This document shows, one piece after another, positions 29,481-39,611 of a stretch of DNA of 64,000 nucleotides. The stretch is from Halovenus sp. (GTDB taxonomy: Archaea; Halobacteriota; Halobacteria; Halobacteriales; Haloarculaceae), in assembly GCA_036625385.1 (NCBI GenBank), contig JAZKTU010000001.1:14865-78864 (forward strand), given 5' to 3'. Position 1 is the first letter of the stretch; each line of letters starts with the position of its first letter. The notes under the pieces were generated by a model, which saw only the letters and a list, made by a program, of their open reading frames with translations, had not been told where the DNA came from and did not search any database. The position numbers were made by a program, and so were the translations under genes.

Positions 29481-30395
29481 TTACAGGACGCCGATCTCCC
29501 GGAGTTCGGTCCCCAGCGTCGCGCGCTGTGAATCGGACATCGACCGGAGCGGTGGCCGCAGGTCGCCGACGTCGAAGGGGAGGTCACGAAGCGAGAGGGT
29601 CGCCTTCACGCCGGCCATGTACGGCCCCTGCTTCAGTGCCGACCGGACCGCGAAGACGGTCGATTGCAGCCGCCGGGTCTCGGCCTCGTCCCCGGCAGCG
29701 TACGCGTCGTACAGCTCGACCACCAGTTCCGGGAACACGTTCGCAACGGCACTGACGAGTCCCGAGCAGCCGAGTTCGAGCCCGGTGAAAAGCAGCGAGT
29801 CCGAACCGACGAGAAAGCTCAACTCGGCGTGTGCGTCGAGCGCCTGGGCCAGCCACGGGACGTCTTTGGAGGAGTCTTTCACCCCGGCAACGCCGTCGAT
29901 CGCGGCGAGACGGGCGAGCGTCTCCAGTGACAGCGTGTTGCCAGTTTTGCTGGGGATGTGGTAGACGTACACCGGTATGTCGACGGCGCGAGCGACCGCC
30001 CGGTAGTGGGCAACCGTCCCGTCACCGTCGAGTGGATAGTAGTACGGCGTGACGACGACAACGCCGTCGGCACCGGCAGCGTCGGCGTGTTCGGCCTGGG
30101 CAACCGTCTCGCGTGTACTCGGCGCGCCGACGCCGGCAAGAACCGGGACGCTGACAGCGTCGGTGACGGTTTCGACGACTCGACGGCGTTCCGGGGTCGT
30201 GAGGAGCGGCCCTTCACCGTTGGTCCCGAGCGGAAACACGGCTGTCGCGCCGCCAGCAGCGACGAACTGGGCGTGTGCGGCGGTCGCGTCCGAGTCGACG
30301 TCGCCGCTGTCGTCGAACGCTGTCACGGTCGGTGGCACGACGCCGGCAATCCCGAGCGGGTCCGCCGTCCCGGGGGCAGGAGCAGAGTTGGACAT
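29481..30395 (-). CDS. KD(P)G aldolase, DHDPS family
   Basis: GTNGEG, VTPYY, YHIP, GVKDSSKD; ED context. Confidence 0.85.
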   Translation of the reverse strand: MSNSAPAPGTADPLGIAGVVPPTVTAFDDSGDVDSDATAAHAQFVAAGGATAVFPLGTNGEGPLLTTPERRRVVETVTDAVSVPVLAGVGAPSTRETVAQAEHADAAGADGVVVVTPYYYPLDGDGTVAHYRAVARAVDIPVYVYHIPSKTGNTLSLETLARLAAIDGVAGVKDSSKDVPWLAQALDAHAELSFLVGSDSLLFTGLELGCSGLVSAVANVFPELVVELYDAYAAGDEAETRRLQSTVFAVRSALKQGPYMAGVKATLSLRDLPFDVGDLRPPLRSMSDSQRATLGTELREIGVL

Positions 30396-30404
30396 CGTCT
30401 GGTG

Positions 30405-31691
30405 TCAGTCGAGGGTCGCGAGTTGGTTGAGAGCGTACGCGGTCCGGAGCATATCTGCTGCATCGCCCTGGCTGAACATGAGGTCGTCGGTCGAAGTGAC
30501 GTGGTCGCGAACCGCCGGCGAGGCGTGGTCGGGGGCGGCGGCGATCCCGGCGTCGTTCTCTGCCACCCACTCCATCACGCGCAGGTCACTCTTCGAGTCG
30601 CCCATGATGAGGGCGAACGGATCCGCGATGTCGAGCACATCGAGTGCAGCCTCGACGCCGACAACCTTGTTCAACTCCAGGGACCCGACCTCCGCCGCGT
30701 CCGCTTCGTAGTACGCGACGTCGATGCGCTCGAAAAGCGCCTCGAAGGCGTCGGGGACGTCCGCCGGGTCGACGCCTGGTTGCTCGTCAGTCGCTGCGAG
30801 CACATCCCGGATCTCCGTGTCGCGTGCACCGTAGTACGCCCGTGCGTAGCCGGGCACCGCTGGCGCACTGTCGCCGGTCGTCACGTCCCCGACCCCGTCT
30901 TCGACACCGAGATCGGCGACCTCCGCGACGCTTTCCTCGAGCAGGTCGAGCAGGTAGACGAGCGCGCGGTCGATGACCTCGTGGGCACGGTCACTGCCGG
31001 TCTCGAAGTTGGGTTTGAGTGTGATGTTGAACTCGTTGCCCTGGAGATGACACCCCTGCTGGAGCAGGTCGGGCGCGTCCGGAAGGACGCGCGACCGGAC
31101 CCGACCGAAGATGTTCCCGGTGTCCGGATCGAGGTCCTCGTAGAGGAGTCGTTTGGTGGCCGCCCCGTGGCCGGGAGTGAATACGCCGGTACCGGCCTCG
31201 TAGACGATGCTCACGTTGCTTGAGTGGACCATCTCGTTGCCCAGCCCCTGGATGAGAAAGCCCTTGACGTTCTCGAGCGTCTGTCCGGTGCAGATGACTA
31301 TCGGAACCCCGTCCTCGTGAAACTGCGTCAGAAGATGCAAGGTTCCCCGTGGGATTTCGTTGTCGGTGCTCCCGGCGGAGCGCAGCGTCTCGTCGACGTC
31401 CAGGACGAGAACGTTCAGGCCGCGACCGTATTTGGAGTGAACGTCGAGCGCAGCGAAGGCCTGGTCCCGGGTTGCCCGCGAAGCGAGCGTTGCGAACGTG
31501 TCGCCGGCCCGTGGAAAGGCATCCCGGATGGCGTCTTTGCGGTCGTCGAGTTCGTCACTCGCCTCCTCCCAGTGGTCGAGAGCGACGCGGGAGTCGACCG
31601 GCGGAAACAGGTCGACGAACTCCTGGTAGGCCCGTAGAGTCAGCGTGTCGAACTCCTCGTAGAGGCGATACAGCAGATCGTACCGTTCCAT
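30405..31691 (-). CDS. HAD-superfamily hydrolase
   Basis: LVLDVDETL, ICTG, MGDSKSD. Confidence 0.85.
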   Translation of the reverse strand: MERYDLLYRLYEEFDTLTLRAYQEFVDLFPPVDSRVALDHWEEASDELDDRKDAIRDAFPRAGDTFATLASRATRDQAFAALDVHSKYGRGLNVLVLDVDETLRSAGSTDNEIPRGTLHLLTQFHEDGVPIVICTGQTLENVKGFLIQGLGNEMVHSSNVSIVYEAGTGVFTPGHGAATKRLLYEDLDPDTGNIFGRVRSRVLPDAPDLLQQGCHLQGNEFNITLKPNFETGSDRAHEVIDRALVYLLDLLEESVAEVADLGVEDGVGDVTTGDSAPAVPGYARAYYGARDTEIRDVLAATDEQPGVDPADVPDAFEALFERIDVAYYEADAAEVGSLELNKVVGVEAALDVLDIADPFALIMGDSKSDLRVMEWVAENDAGIAAAPDHASPAVRDHVTSTDDLMFSQGDAADMLRTAYALNQLATLD

Positions 31692-31788
31692 ACCCCAACG
31701 GACGGAGAGGATGCATTTAGTTGCTCGCCACGTGTGTACCGTCTCCCGACACGGGAAAAATGATAACAGTCGCTTCCAAAGAACGAAT

Positions 31789-32424
31789 ATGAAAAACGTC
31801 GACGACCTCATCAGCGGGGCGAGCGAACTCTCACAGCGAGGGTTCTCGAAAGGCGAAATCGCGGACGAACTAAACGTCTCGCGCGAGACGGCGAGTTGGC
31901 TCGTCGAGCGGAGTCAGGATACCGAGCAGGCCGTGCCGACCGAAAAGACGGGCGGCCCACACGACATCCACGTCGACTGGAGCGCGCTGGGCCGGGACTC
32001 CGCACGGCTGACCTACACCGGAATGGCGATGGCGGACCTGCTCTCGAAACAGGGCGAAGCGGTCGACCTGACCGTCGGCATCGAGAAAGCCGGCGCGCCG
32101 CTTGCGACCGTCGTCGCGCGCGAACTCGACACCGATATCGCTGCCTACGCTCCCCGAAAACACCAGTGGGAGGACGGCGACATCGAGGAGTTGAAGGGGA
32201 CCTTCTCGCAGAACTTCGCGGGCATCCGGGACCGGGAGTGTTACGTCGTCGACGACACCATCACCAGCGGGACGACGATGCGCGAGACGATCGAGGGCAT
32301 CACGGACCGCGGGGGCGATCCGGTCGCCTGTGTCGTGCTCGTCGACAAGCAGGGCCTCGACGAGATCGGCGGAATCCCCGTATACTCGCTCATCCAGGCG
32401 ATCCGTGTCGGCAACGCCGACTGA
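31789..32424 (+). CDS. gfcR: HTH-phosphoribosyltransferase regulator GfcR
   Basis: N-terminal GEIADELNVSRETASWL HTH; PRTase loop VVDDTITSG. Confidence 0.85.
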   Translation: MKNVDDLISGASELSQRGFSKGEIADELNVSRETASWLVERSQDTEQAVPTEKTGGPHDIHVDWSALGRDSARLTYTGMAMADLLSKQGEAVDLTVGIEKAGAPLATVVARELDTDIAAYAPRKHQWEDGDIEELKGTFSQNFAGIRDRECYVVDDTITSGTTMRETIEGITDRGGDPVACVVLVDKQGLDEIGGIPVYSLIQAIRVGNAD

Positions 32425-32533
32425 TACGGATTGGTGTGATTTGTTACCGAGACGTTGAAACAGTGTGGCGGTTTCAGACTCCCGGACGCCGATACCTGGG
32501 CGGCACTGCCGAAAAGAGTCACAACAATCCGTA
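32425..32533. mobile_element. Family A element, 109 bp, TGA duplication (left TGA = gfcR stop)
   Basis: TGA|TACGGATTGGTGTGA...TCACAACAATCCGTA|TGA. Confidence 0.9.
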
Positions 32534-32575
32534 TGAGTCGACCGGGAGCGTGTCGGCCCGGACCGGTGCGACGCG

Positions 32576-33439
32576 TCAGTAGAATTCGCGGACGAGATCC
32601 ATCGCGTCGTCGGGCGCACCGTCGGGGATGTCGGCCATGTTCTCGTCGATACCCTCGCGTTCCTCGTAGGGCACGGAGTCGGGATCCTGATAGAGGATCC
32701 CGATGTGTTCGCGGTCGCCGGACATGATGCGGTCGCGGGCCTGTGTGCGGTCGGCCGGGTCGTGGTCGGTCTCCGAGAGGTCGACGATGGAGTCGCGCCA
32801 GTAGTCGTATGTGTCGACGTCGTTGAACGTCACACACGGCGAGTAGACGTTCACGAGGCCGAAGCCGTCGTGTTCGATCGCCTCCCGGACGAGTTCCGTG
32901 TGGCGCTTGCTGTCCGAGGAGAACGTCTGTGCGATGAAGGTCGCCCCCGACGCGAGCGCGAGCGCGAGCGGGTTGACCGGCGGCATGTTCGTCCCCTCCG
33001 GCGACGTCGACGTCTCGAAGTCCTCGCGGGAGGTCGGCGATGCCTGGCCCTTCGTGAGGCCGTAGATGCGGTTGTCCATGACGACGTAGGACATATCCAC
33101 GTTGCGACGGACCGCGTGGATGAAGTGGCCGGCACCGATGGAGTAGCCGTCGCCGTCGCCGCCGGCGACCATCACCTCGAGTTCGGGGTTTGCGAGTTTG
33201 ACGCCGATGCCGACCGGCAGGGCGCGACCGTGGACGCCGTGCAGCGCGTAGCTGTGCATGTACGTCCCGATCTTCCCGGAACAGCCGATCCCGGCGACGA
33301 CGAACGTGTCGTCCGGGGAGTTCCCCGTCTCGGCCAGGGCTTTCATCATGCCGTTCATCGTCCCGAAGTCGCCGCAGCCGGGACACCATGTCGGTTGCTT
33401 GTCAGATTTGAAGTCGATGAAGCTAACGTCTGAGCTCAT
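32576..33439 (-). CDS. korB: 2-oxoglutarate:ferredoxin oxidoreductase beta subunit
   Basis: PTWCPGCGDFG, GIGCS, GGDGD, DNRIYGLTKGQ. Confidence 0.9.
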   Translation of the reverse strand: MSSDVSFIDFKSDKQPTWCPGCGDFGTMNGMMKALAETGNSPDDTFVVAGIGCSGKIGTYMHSYALHGVHGRALPVGIGVKLANPELEVMVAGGDGDGYSIGAGHFIHAVRRNVDMSYVVMDNRIYGLTKGQASPTSREDFETSTSPEGTNMPPVNPLALALASGATFIAQTFSSDSKRHTELVREAIEHDGFGLVNVYSPCVTFNDVDTYDYWRDSIVDLSETDHDPADRTQARDRIMSGDREHIGILYQDPDSVPYEEREGIDENMADIPDGAPDDAMDLVREFY

Positions 33440-35199
33440 TTGGTTGCCTCCTGTGGGGGTCGCACGACGGTTCTAATTTGGTCTGCGAGTTCGTTGGCCT
33501 TGAATCGCACGCCATCGAATTTGTTGATCCGCTCGACACGTTCGAGCACGTCACCCTCGATGACGTCCGCGAACTGCCCCTGTGCGTTACACTCGACGAC
33601 GATCGTCGTCTCTGCCGCCGCGATCTCGTCTGAGAGGTCGGGCCGCGGGAACAGGTACGGCACCGAAATGAACCGGACGTCGATCCCGTCCGCCGCGAGG
33701 AACTCCATCGCCTCGCGCATCGGCCCCTCGTTGGAGCCCCACGAGACGACCAGCGTGTCGGCGTCCGGATCACCGAACTCGCGGTAGTCCCACTCCTCTT
33801 CCTCCATGGCCGTCTGGACTTTCCGGTCGCGCTTTTTGACCTGCTCGACGCGGACGTCCGTGTCCTCCGTCCGGCGGCCCAGGGCGTTGTGCTCCAGCCC
33901 GGTCGTCATGTGGGCGCCGCCGTCGGTTCCGGGGAAGGTCCGCGGGCTGACACCGTCGGCTGTCGGGAAGTGTGGCTGGAACCGCTCCTGTTCGTCCGTC
34001 CAGGAGTCGATATCCGCCCCCTCGACCACCTTGCCGCGGTCGATTTCGACCTCGTCCATGTCGAACGTGTCGGGGGGGAACGTCTGCTCGGTAACCGCAA
34101 GGGAGAGGTCCGACACCAGGAAGACGGGGATCTGGTACTGCTCCGCGAGGTTGAACGCCTCGACGGTCTTCCAGAAACACTCGGAGACCGTCGTCGGCCC
34201 GACGACGAAGCGACCGATCTCCCCGTGGCCGCCGTACAGGAGCATGTTGAGGTCGCCCTGTTCCTGTTTGGTCGGCATCCCCGTCGACGGGCCGGCACGC
34301 ATCACGTCACAGATGACGAGTGGTGTCTCGCTCGTCGCGACGAGGCCGAACGTCTCGGTCATCAGGTCGAGACCGGGCCCGGAGGTTGCAGTCATCGAGC
34401 GTGCGCCCGCCCGCGCGGCACCGAGCGCGAGGTTGATGGCGGCGAGTTCGTCCTCTGCCTGGATGACCTTGCCGCCGTACCGGTCGATACGACCGGTCAG
34501 ATACTCCATCACGTCCGTCGCGGGTGTGATGGGGTAGCCGGCGTAGAACCGACAGCCAGCGGCGATGGCCCCCATCCCGATTGCCTCGTCGCCGTTCAGG
34601 AGAACGTAGTCGTTGTCCGTCGTCTCCAGGTCGTAGCCGTAGTCGTGGTCGTAGTTCTCCTGAACGTACTCCTGACCCAGACGAGCCGCCTCCTTGTTGT
34701 TCTCGACGATCGCCGTCCCCTTGTCACTGAAGCGCTTTTCGAGGGACGCATCCAGGTTCCCGATCGGGAACGCCGCCACCTCGCAGGCGGCACCGAGCGC
34801 AACGACGTTGCGCATGATCGCGCCGCCCGCCTCCTCGGCGAGCGATTTCAGCGGGACGTCAAGCCCGACCATCCCCTCGGGGACTTCGACGTCCTGCATC
34901 GTTGTCCGCTCGCCGTCGTAGATGATGACACTCCCCTCGTGGAGTTCGTTCATGTTCTCGTCGATCGTTCGCTCGGTCAGCGCGATGAGGATATCGAGAC
35001 GGTCCACGACACTCTCGACGCGGTCGACCGAGGTTCGCACCTTGTACGCGGTGTACCCCCCACGGATACGCGAGGCGAAGTCCTTGGAGGTGAAGACGTG
35101 CCTCCCCGCGCGCGATAACGCCTGTGCGAAGATCTTGCCTGTTGAATCTATCCCATCGCCGGCCTCGCCGCCGATGGCCCAGTTCAGGTCGTCGGGCAT
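33436..35199 (-). CDS. korA: 2-oxoglutarate:ferredoxin oxidoreductase alpha subunit
   Basis: GGEAGDGIDSTG, YPITPAT, GPSTGMPTK. Confidence 0.9.
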   Translation of the reverse strand: MPDDLNWAIGGEAGDGIDSTGKIFAQALSRAGRHVFTSKDFASRIRGGYTAYKVRTSVDRVESVVDRLDILIALTERTIDENMNELHEGSVIIYDGERTTMQDVEVPEGMVGLDVPLKSLAEEAGGAIMRNVVALGAACEVAAFPIGNLDASLEKRFSDKGTAIVENNKEAARLGQEYVQENYDHDYGYDLETTDNDYVLLNGDEAIGMGAIAAGCRFYAGYPITPATDVMEYLTGRIDRYGGKVIQAEDELAAINLALGAARAGARSMTATSGPGLDLMTETFGLVATSETPLVICDVMRAGPSTGMPTKQEQGDLNMLLYGGHGEIGRFVVGPTTVSECFWKTVEAFNLAEQYQIPVFLVSDLSLAVTEQTFPPDTFDMDEVEIDRGKVVEGADIDSWTDEQERFQPHFPTADGVSPRTFPGTDGGAHMTTGLEHNALGRRTEDTDVRVEQVKKRDRKVQTAMEEEEWDYREFGDPDADTLVVSWGSNEGPMREAMEFLAADGIDVRFISVPYLFPRPDLSDEIAAAETTIVVECNAQGQFADVIEGDVLERVERINKFDGVRFKANELADQIRTVVRPPQEATK

Positions 35200-35292
35200 A
35201 CTACTCAGAGGCTACCAAGGGCTGGAGCAAAAGCCTTCTGCAAACCGTTTCTCGGAGTGAGAAAGCGAAGCCGTCGTGGGGGTATCCGGCGG

Positions 35293-36021
35293 TCAACCAG
35301 TCGGGGTGGGCGTGCCGTCGAGTTCTGCTGACCAGTAAGACACCGATGCGAGGTACTTCCCAACCGGGGTCCGTCCCAGCGTCGAGTCGAGCCGTCTGAC
35401 TGTCGAGGCGACGGAGTTGGGTATCTCCCGGTAGAAGCCGTAGGGCATCACCCAGTCGTGCTCCGCGTCGACCAGTTCGAGCCCTGCACCGTCGAGCAGT
35501 TCCATCACCTCGTTGCCGGAGTAGAGCCGGGAGCCCATCGGCAACGCCCAGGTGTAAAGCGACCGTGTCGAGAAGCGGTTGAACGTATCGAAGAAGATCT
35601 GTCGCCGGGACACCCGGCACATCTCTGCGAGGAAGTCGTCGGGGCGGTCGGCGAGATGAAAGAACCGCATCGCGAACACGGCGTCGAAGTGGTCGTCGGG
35701 GAACGGGAGTCTGCCAGCATCGCCACGCATGAACTCGAGGCGAGCCGAGACACCTGCGCTCCGTGCCTTCTCTCGGCCCTGCTGAAGCATCGGACCGGAG
35801 ATATCGAGTCCGACGATGTCCGCGCCCCGCTCCGCGAGCATCACGGTAAACCGGCCAGTGCCGCAGGCAATCTCGAGAATATCGGTGTCCTCGACGGGGC
35901 CGAGCGCGTCGAGCACTGCCTCCTTCTCACGCCTGTCGATGAGTCGGCCGCCACGGGAAAACCGCTTTTCCTCGTAGGCTTCCGCGACATCGTCGGCCTG
36001 GTACCACTCCTCTCCTTTCAC
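35293..36021 (-). CDS. Class I SAM-dependent methyltransferase
   Basis: ILEIACGTGRF, GDAGRLPF. Confidence 0.88.
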   Translation of the reverse strand: MKGEEWYQADDVAEAYEEKRFSRGGRLIDRREKEAVLDALGPVEDTDILEIACGTGRFTVMLAERGADIVGLDISGPMLQQGREKARSAGVSARLEFMRGDAGRLPFPDDHFDAVFAMRFFHLADRPDDFLAEMCRVSRRQIFFDTFNRFSTRSLYTWALPMGSRLYSGNEVMELLDGAGLELVDAEHDWVMPYGFYREIPNSVASTVRRLDSTLGRTPVGKYLASVSYWSAELDGTPTPTG

Positions 36022-36194
36022 ACTGATACTACCTGGCTTCCCGGGGAATAAAACGGTACTGGAAACGGCTGGTTGGCGGGAGGCCAGCGGAACGAGAGCC
36101 GAAATCGTCCGGGGCGAAACCGCGTCGATCAGTACTGAACCAGTCACGGAGACGTTTTGACAAGGATTAAAACGAGTGCCCCGAAAGGGGAGGT

Positions 36195-36374
36195 ATGAGT
36201 GAAAGTCGACAGCGAAACACACAGAAGTGCATCTCGTGTGGCGTCAACATCGCCGGCACGAACGCCGCGACGTTCAAGTGCCCGGACTGTGGCTACGAGA
36301 TCCACCGCTGCGAGACCTGCCGGAAGCAAAGTACGCTGTACGAATGTCCCGACTGCGGATTCACCGGACCGTAA
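36195..36374 (+). CDS. Zn-ribbon small protein (DUF1610/HVO_2753 type)
   Basis: CISCG...CPDCG...RCETCR...[11 protein letters not shown]; typical position before EF-1beta. Confidence 0.88.
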   Translation: MSESRQRNTQKCISCGVNIAGTNAATFKCPDCGYEIHRCETCRKQSTLYECPDCGFTGP

Positions 36375-36376
36375 CA

Positions 36377-36643
36377 ATGGGAAAGGTTGCAGCCGCCATC
36401 AAGGTCATGCCGCAAAGCCCCGACGTCGACCTCGATCAACTCCAGGAGCGCCTGGAGCAGGTCCTCCCCGAGGGAGCCAAGATTCAGGGTTTCGACCGCG
36501 ACGACGTCGCCTTCGGGCTGGTCGCGCTGATTCCGACTGTCATTGTCCCCGACGAGGCCGGCGGGACCGAGGCCGTCGAGGAGGCGTTCACCGAGGTCGA
36601 GGGCGTCGAGAGTGTCTCCGTCGAGGACGTCGGCCGCCTCTAG
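36377..36643 (+). CDS. ef1b: Elongation factor 1-beta
   Basis: [19 protein letters not shown]. Confidence 0.92.
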   Translation: MGKVAAAIKVMPQSPDVDLDQLQERLEQVLPEGAKIQGFDRDDVAFGLVALIPTVIVPDEAGGTEAVEEAFTEVEGVESVSVEDVGRL

Positions 36644-36725
36644 ACGGAGTGGGTAACTCCTCTTTGCAGTGTCGTCGTCTCGGACTTCCGGAATTGCTTT
36701 CCCCCACGCGGACCGAGTGAGACCC

Positions 36726-37817
36726 ATGACGTTCGACCGCGAGCAGTTCCACCGGCGGGCAGTCGATACCCCGTCCCACGAGGACGTCGGGGCAATGCGG
36801 ACGCTGCTCGTCGAAACCCTGCGGGCAGCGGAGGTCGAGCCACGCGTCGACGAAATGGGAAACGTGCTCGCCACCCGGGGCGACGACAGGGGGACACACC
36901 TCGTCCTGAACACACACATCGACACCGTGCCGCCACACGTCCCCTACGAACGTGAGGAGGACGTCGTGCGGGGTCGCGGCGCGTGTGACGCGAAGGGACC
37001 GCTCGCGGCACTGCTCGACGCCTTTCTTACCGCGACAGTGAGCGACGGGCAGGTGACGCTCGCGGTGACGCCCGACGAGGAGACAGTCCAGACGGGGGGT
37101 GCCCACCTCGGCGAAACCCTGGCCGCCGACGGGTACATCGTCGGCGAGCCGACCGGGTTGGCCGTCTGTCGGGCCGCACGCGGCCAGTTCGAGGGGGAGG
37201 TGAGGGTCCGCGGGGAGAGCGCCCACGCCGGGAGCCCCGAGGACGGACACAACGCCATCCGGGCGGCTGCCCCGCTGTTGCAGGCGCTCGAATCCTACGA
37301 CGAGCGCCACGGCCCCGGGGAACACGGCCTGCTCGGGCGGCCAACGCTGGTCCCGTCGGTCATCGAAGGCGGCGAAGCGCTCAACCAGGTACCCGCCGAG
37401 TGTACCATCCGGTTCGACCGCCGGCTCGTTCCCCCCGAGACCGTCGGGACGTTCCTCGCTGACCTGGAAGCGCATCTGTCCGGCTGGCTCACCGACGACT
37501 ACGAACTGTCGGTCGGTCCAGTCCGGCCCGATCAGCCCTATCCGGAAGCCTTCGAGACGCCTGTGGACACGCCGCTGGTCACGACCCTGCAGGCGGCAAG
37601 CGGCGGCGACGTGCAGGCGTTCGGTGCGGCGACGGAAGCCTCGTACTTCGCCGGGAACGCGCCGACGGTCATCTTCGGCCCGGGTGAACTCGCCGACGAG
37701 GACGGCCCGATCGCACACGCCGACCGGGAGTACGTTCCCGTCGACGCCATCGAAACCGCCGCGAACGCCGTCCGGGAGACCGTCGAGGCGCTGCTGGCAA
37801 GCGACGGGCGGCGCTGA
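36726..37817 (+). CDS. M20 family metallopeptidase/deacetylase (ArgE/DapE-like)
   Basis: NTHIDTV, GRGACDAKG, DEE, VGEPT. Confidence 0.88.
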   Translation: MTFDREQFHRRAVDTPSHEDVGAMRTLLVETLRAAEVEPRVDEMGNVLATRGDDRGTHLVLNTHIDTVPPHVPYEREEDVVRGRGACDAKGPLAALLDAFLTATVSDGQVTLAVTPDEETVQTGGAHLGETLAADGYIVGEPTGLAVCRAARGQFEGEVRVRGESAHAGSPEDGHNAIRAAAPLLQALESYDERHGPGEHGLLGRPTLVPSVIEGGEALNQVPAECTIRFDRRLVPPETVGTFLADLEAHLSGWLTDDYELSVGPVRPDQPYPEAFETPVDTPLVTTLQAASGGDVQAFGAATEASYFAGNAPTVIFGPGELADEDGPIAHADREYVPVDAIETAANAVRETVEALLASDGRR

Positions 37818-37964
37818 GACTGAAAGACCGCCACGCCAGGATGCAACGCCGAAACCGGTGCTCGAGGTCACCGCGCAAGACAAGGTCGGCCCCCACACCC
37901 ACAGGACCGTAGCGGCGGCAGCCACCTCGGTATAAGTTTGTGACCCCGGTGGGACAGCACAGGG

Positions 37965-38105
37965 ATGGCACTGCGGAACCAGCGGTGGAGCCAGGCGGAC
38001 GTCCTGCAGGCGGGCGGGTTTGTGATTGTCTCGACGCTCGTGTTGACCGCGAGCTTCCTCGGCATCGTCGGCCTGGTCACGGGCCTCGACACCCGGTTGC
38101 CTTTC
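37965..38105 (+). pseudogene. Probable 5' remnant of a membrane-protein gene
   Basis: One TM helix, then the frame runs directly into the purB 3' end. Confidence 0.35.
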
Positions 38106-39502
38106 TACGCCCGGTCGGTCGGGATGTCGTCAACCAGTTCGCTGGCGACGCCGGTGTAGTCGGCGGGCGTCAACGTTCGCAACTCCTCGCGTACCTCGGC
38201 GGGGATGTCGAGGGAGTCGAACAGATCGTGAAAGTCTGCGATGGTGACGTCTTCGCCGCGAGTGAGCGCCTTGACCTGCTCGTAGGCGTCGGCGTTGCCC
38301 TCCCGGCGGAGGATCGTCTGGACGGCTTCGCCGATGACTTCCGGGGTGGAGCCGAGGTCGGCAGCCATCACGTTCTCGTTGGGGACGACCTTCGCCAGCC
38401 CGTCCCCGAGTTTGGTGTAGCCGATGAAGCAGTGAGCGAGCGCCGCGCCGACGTTCCGCTTGACCGTCGAGTCCGAGAGGTCGCGCTGGAGGCGCGAGGT
38501 CGTGATGTAGCCCGCGAGGAAGGTGAGGTCGGCGTTCGCCTTCGAGAGGTTGCCCTCGGCGTTCTCGAAGTCGATTGGGTTGATCTTGTGGGGCATCGTC
38601 GAGGAGCCGGTTTCGCCGGAGACAGCCTCCTGGCCGAGATAGCGGTCCGAGATGTAGAGCCACGCGTCGCGGGCCAAATCCAGCAGGACGTTGTTGCCCG
38701 CCCGGAGCGCGTCGAAGACGGCGGCGAGGTCGTCACAGGGGTTGACCTGTGTCGTCAGCGGTTCGTGGGCCAACCCCAGGTCCGCGACGAAGTCCGCGGC
38801 GAAGGCGCGCCAGTCGACTTCGGGATAGGCGGCGGTGTGAGCCGCGTAGGTACCGCTCGCGCCGGCGAGTTTTCCCGAGAGCCCGTCGACGGCGTCGGCC
38901 AGTCTGGCTGTCGTCCGGCCCAGCCGGGAGGCGTACACTGCCAGTTCCTTGCCGAACGTGGTAGGCGTCGCCGGCTGGCCGTGCGTCCGGGCGAGCATCG
39001 GGAGGTCCCGGTAGTCCCGGGCCATCGCCGCGAGATCGTCCCTGAGCGTTCGCAACTCGGGCAGCAGGACCTCCTCGATGGCCGGTTTGACGAGCAGCCG
39101 ATAGGCGAGGTTGTTGACGTCCTCGCTGGTGAGCGCGAAGTGAATCCACTGGTCGGCGTCGAGGCCGTCGGGGAGTGACTCCCTGAGGAAGTACTCGACA
39201 GCCTTGACATCGTGGTTGGTCGCTTCGTACTCGCCGTACCCCGATGTCTCGAGTTGCTTGATAACGGCGGCGTCCTCGTCGGCGAATCCCTCGTACAGGT
39301 TCCGGAGGTGGGCGCGCTGGTCGTCGGTGAGCGAGAGCGGCGTCGCCGACAGGTCGGCGAGGGCGACGAGATACTCGACTTCGACCTCGAGGCGGGCACG
39401 CATGAGCGCCCCCTCGCTGGCGTACGGAACGAGCGGTTCGGTGGAGCGGGCGTACCGGCCATCGAGCGGCGAGACGGCGTCGAACGGGCCGCGCGTAGTC
39501 AT
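38105..39502 (-). CDS. purB: Adenylosuccinate lyase
   Basis: SPLDGRY, TNHDVKAVEY, ARTHGQPA, GSSTMPHKINP. Confidence 0.95.
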   Translation of the reverse strand: MTTRGPFDAVSPLDGRYARSTEPLVPYASEGALMRARLEVEVEYLVALADLSATPLSLTDDQRAHLRNLYEGFADEDAAVIKQLETSGYGEYEATNHDVKAVEYFLRESLPDGLDADQWIHFALTSEDVNNLAYRLLVKPAIEEVLLPELRTLRDDLAAMARDYRDLPMLARTHGQPATPTTFGKELAVYASRLGRTTARLADAVDGLSGKLAGASGTYAAHTAAYPEVDWRAFAADFVADLGLAHEPLTTQVNPCDDLAAVFDALRAGNNVLLDLARDAWLYISDRYLGQEAVSGETGSSTMPHKINPIDFENAEGNLSKANADLTFLAGYITTSRLQRDLSDSTVKRNVGAALAHCFIGYTKLGDGLAKVVPNENVMAADLGSTPEVIGEAVQTILRREGNADAYEQVKALTRGEDVTIADFHDLFDSLDIPAEVREELRTLTPADYTGVASELVDDIPTDRA

Positions 39503-39611
39503 GTGTTGGTGTCCTCGACTCGGGCGAAAAAGCCTGCCGGTCCGCAAAGCGACACCTGGCGAGGAATGTGGACGCCCGAAAGTTCATGCCCGACGGTCTG
39601 CAGGTCACTGT

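Noticed and set aside
32422-32536. Integron attC interpretation of stop-codon-adjacent palindromes
   Set aside because: No RYYYAAC/GTTRRRY cores, no integrase, flanking genes are core housekeeping, and 3-bp duplications indicate insertion.
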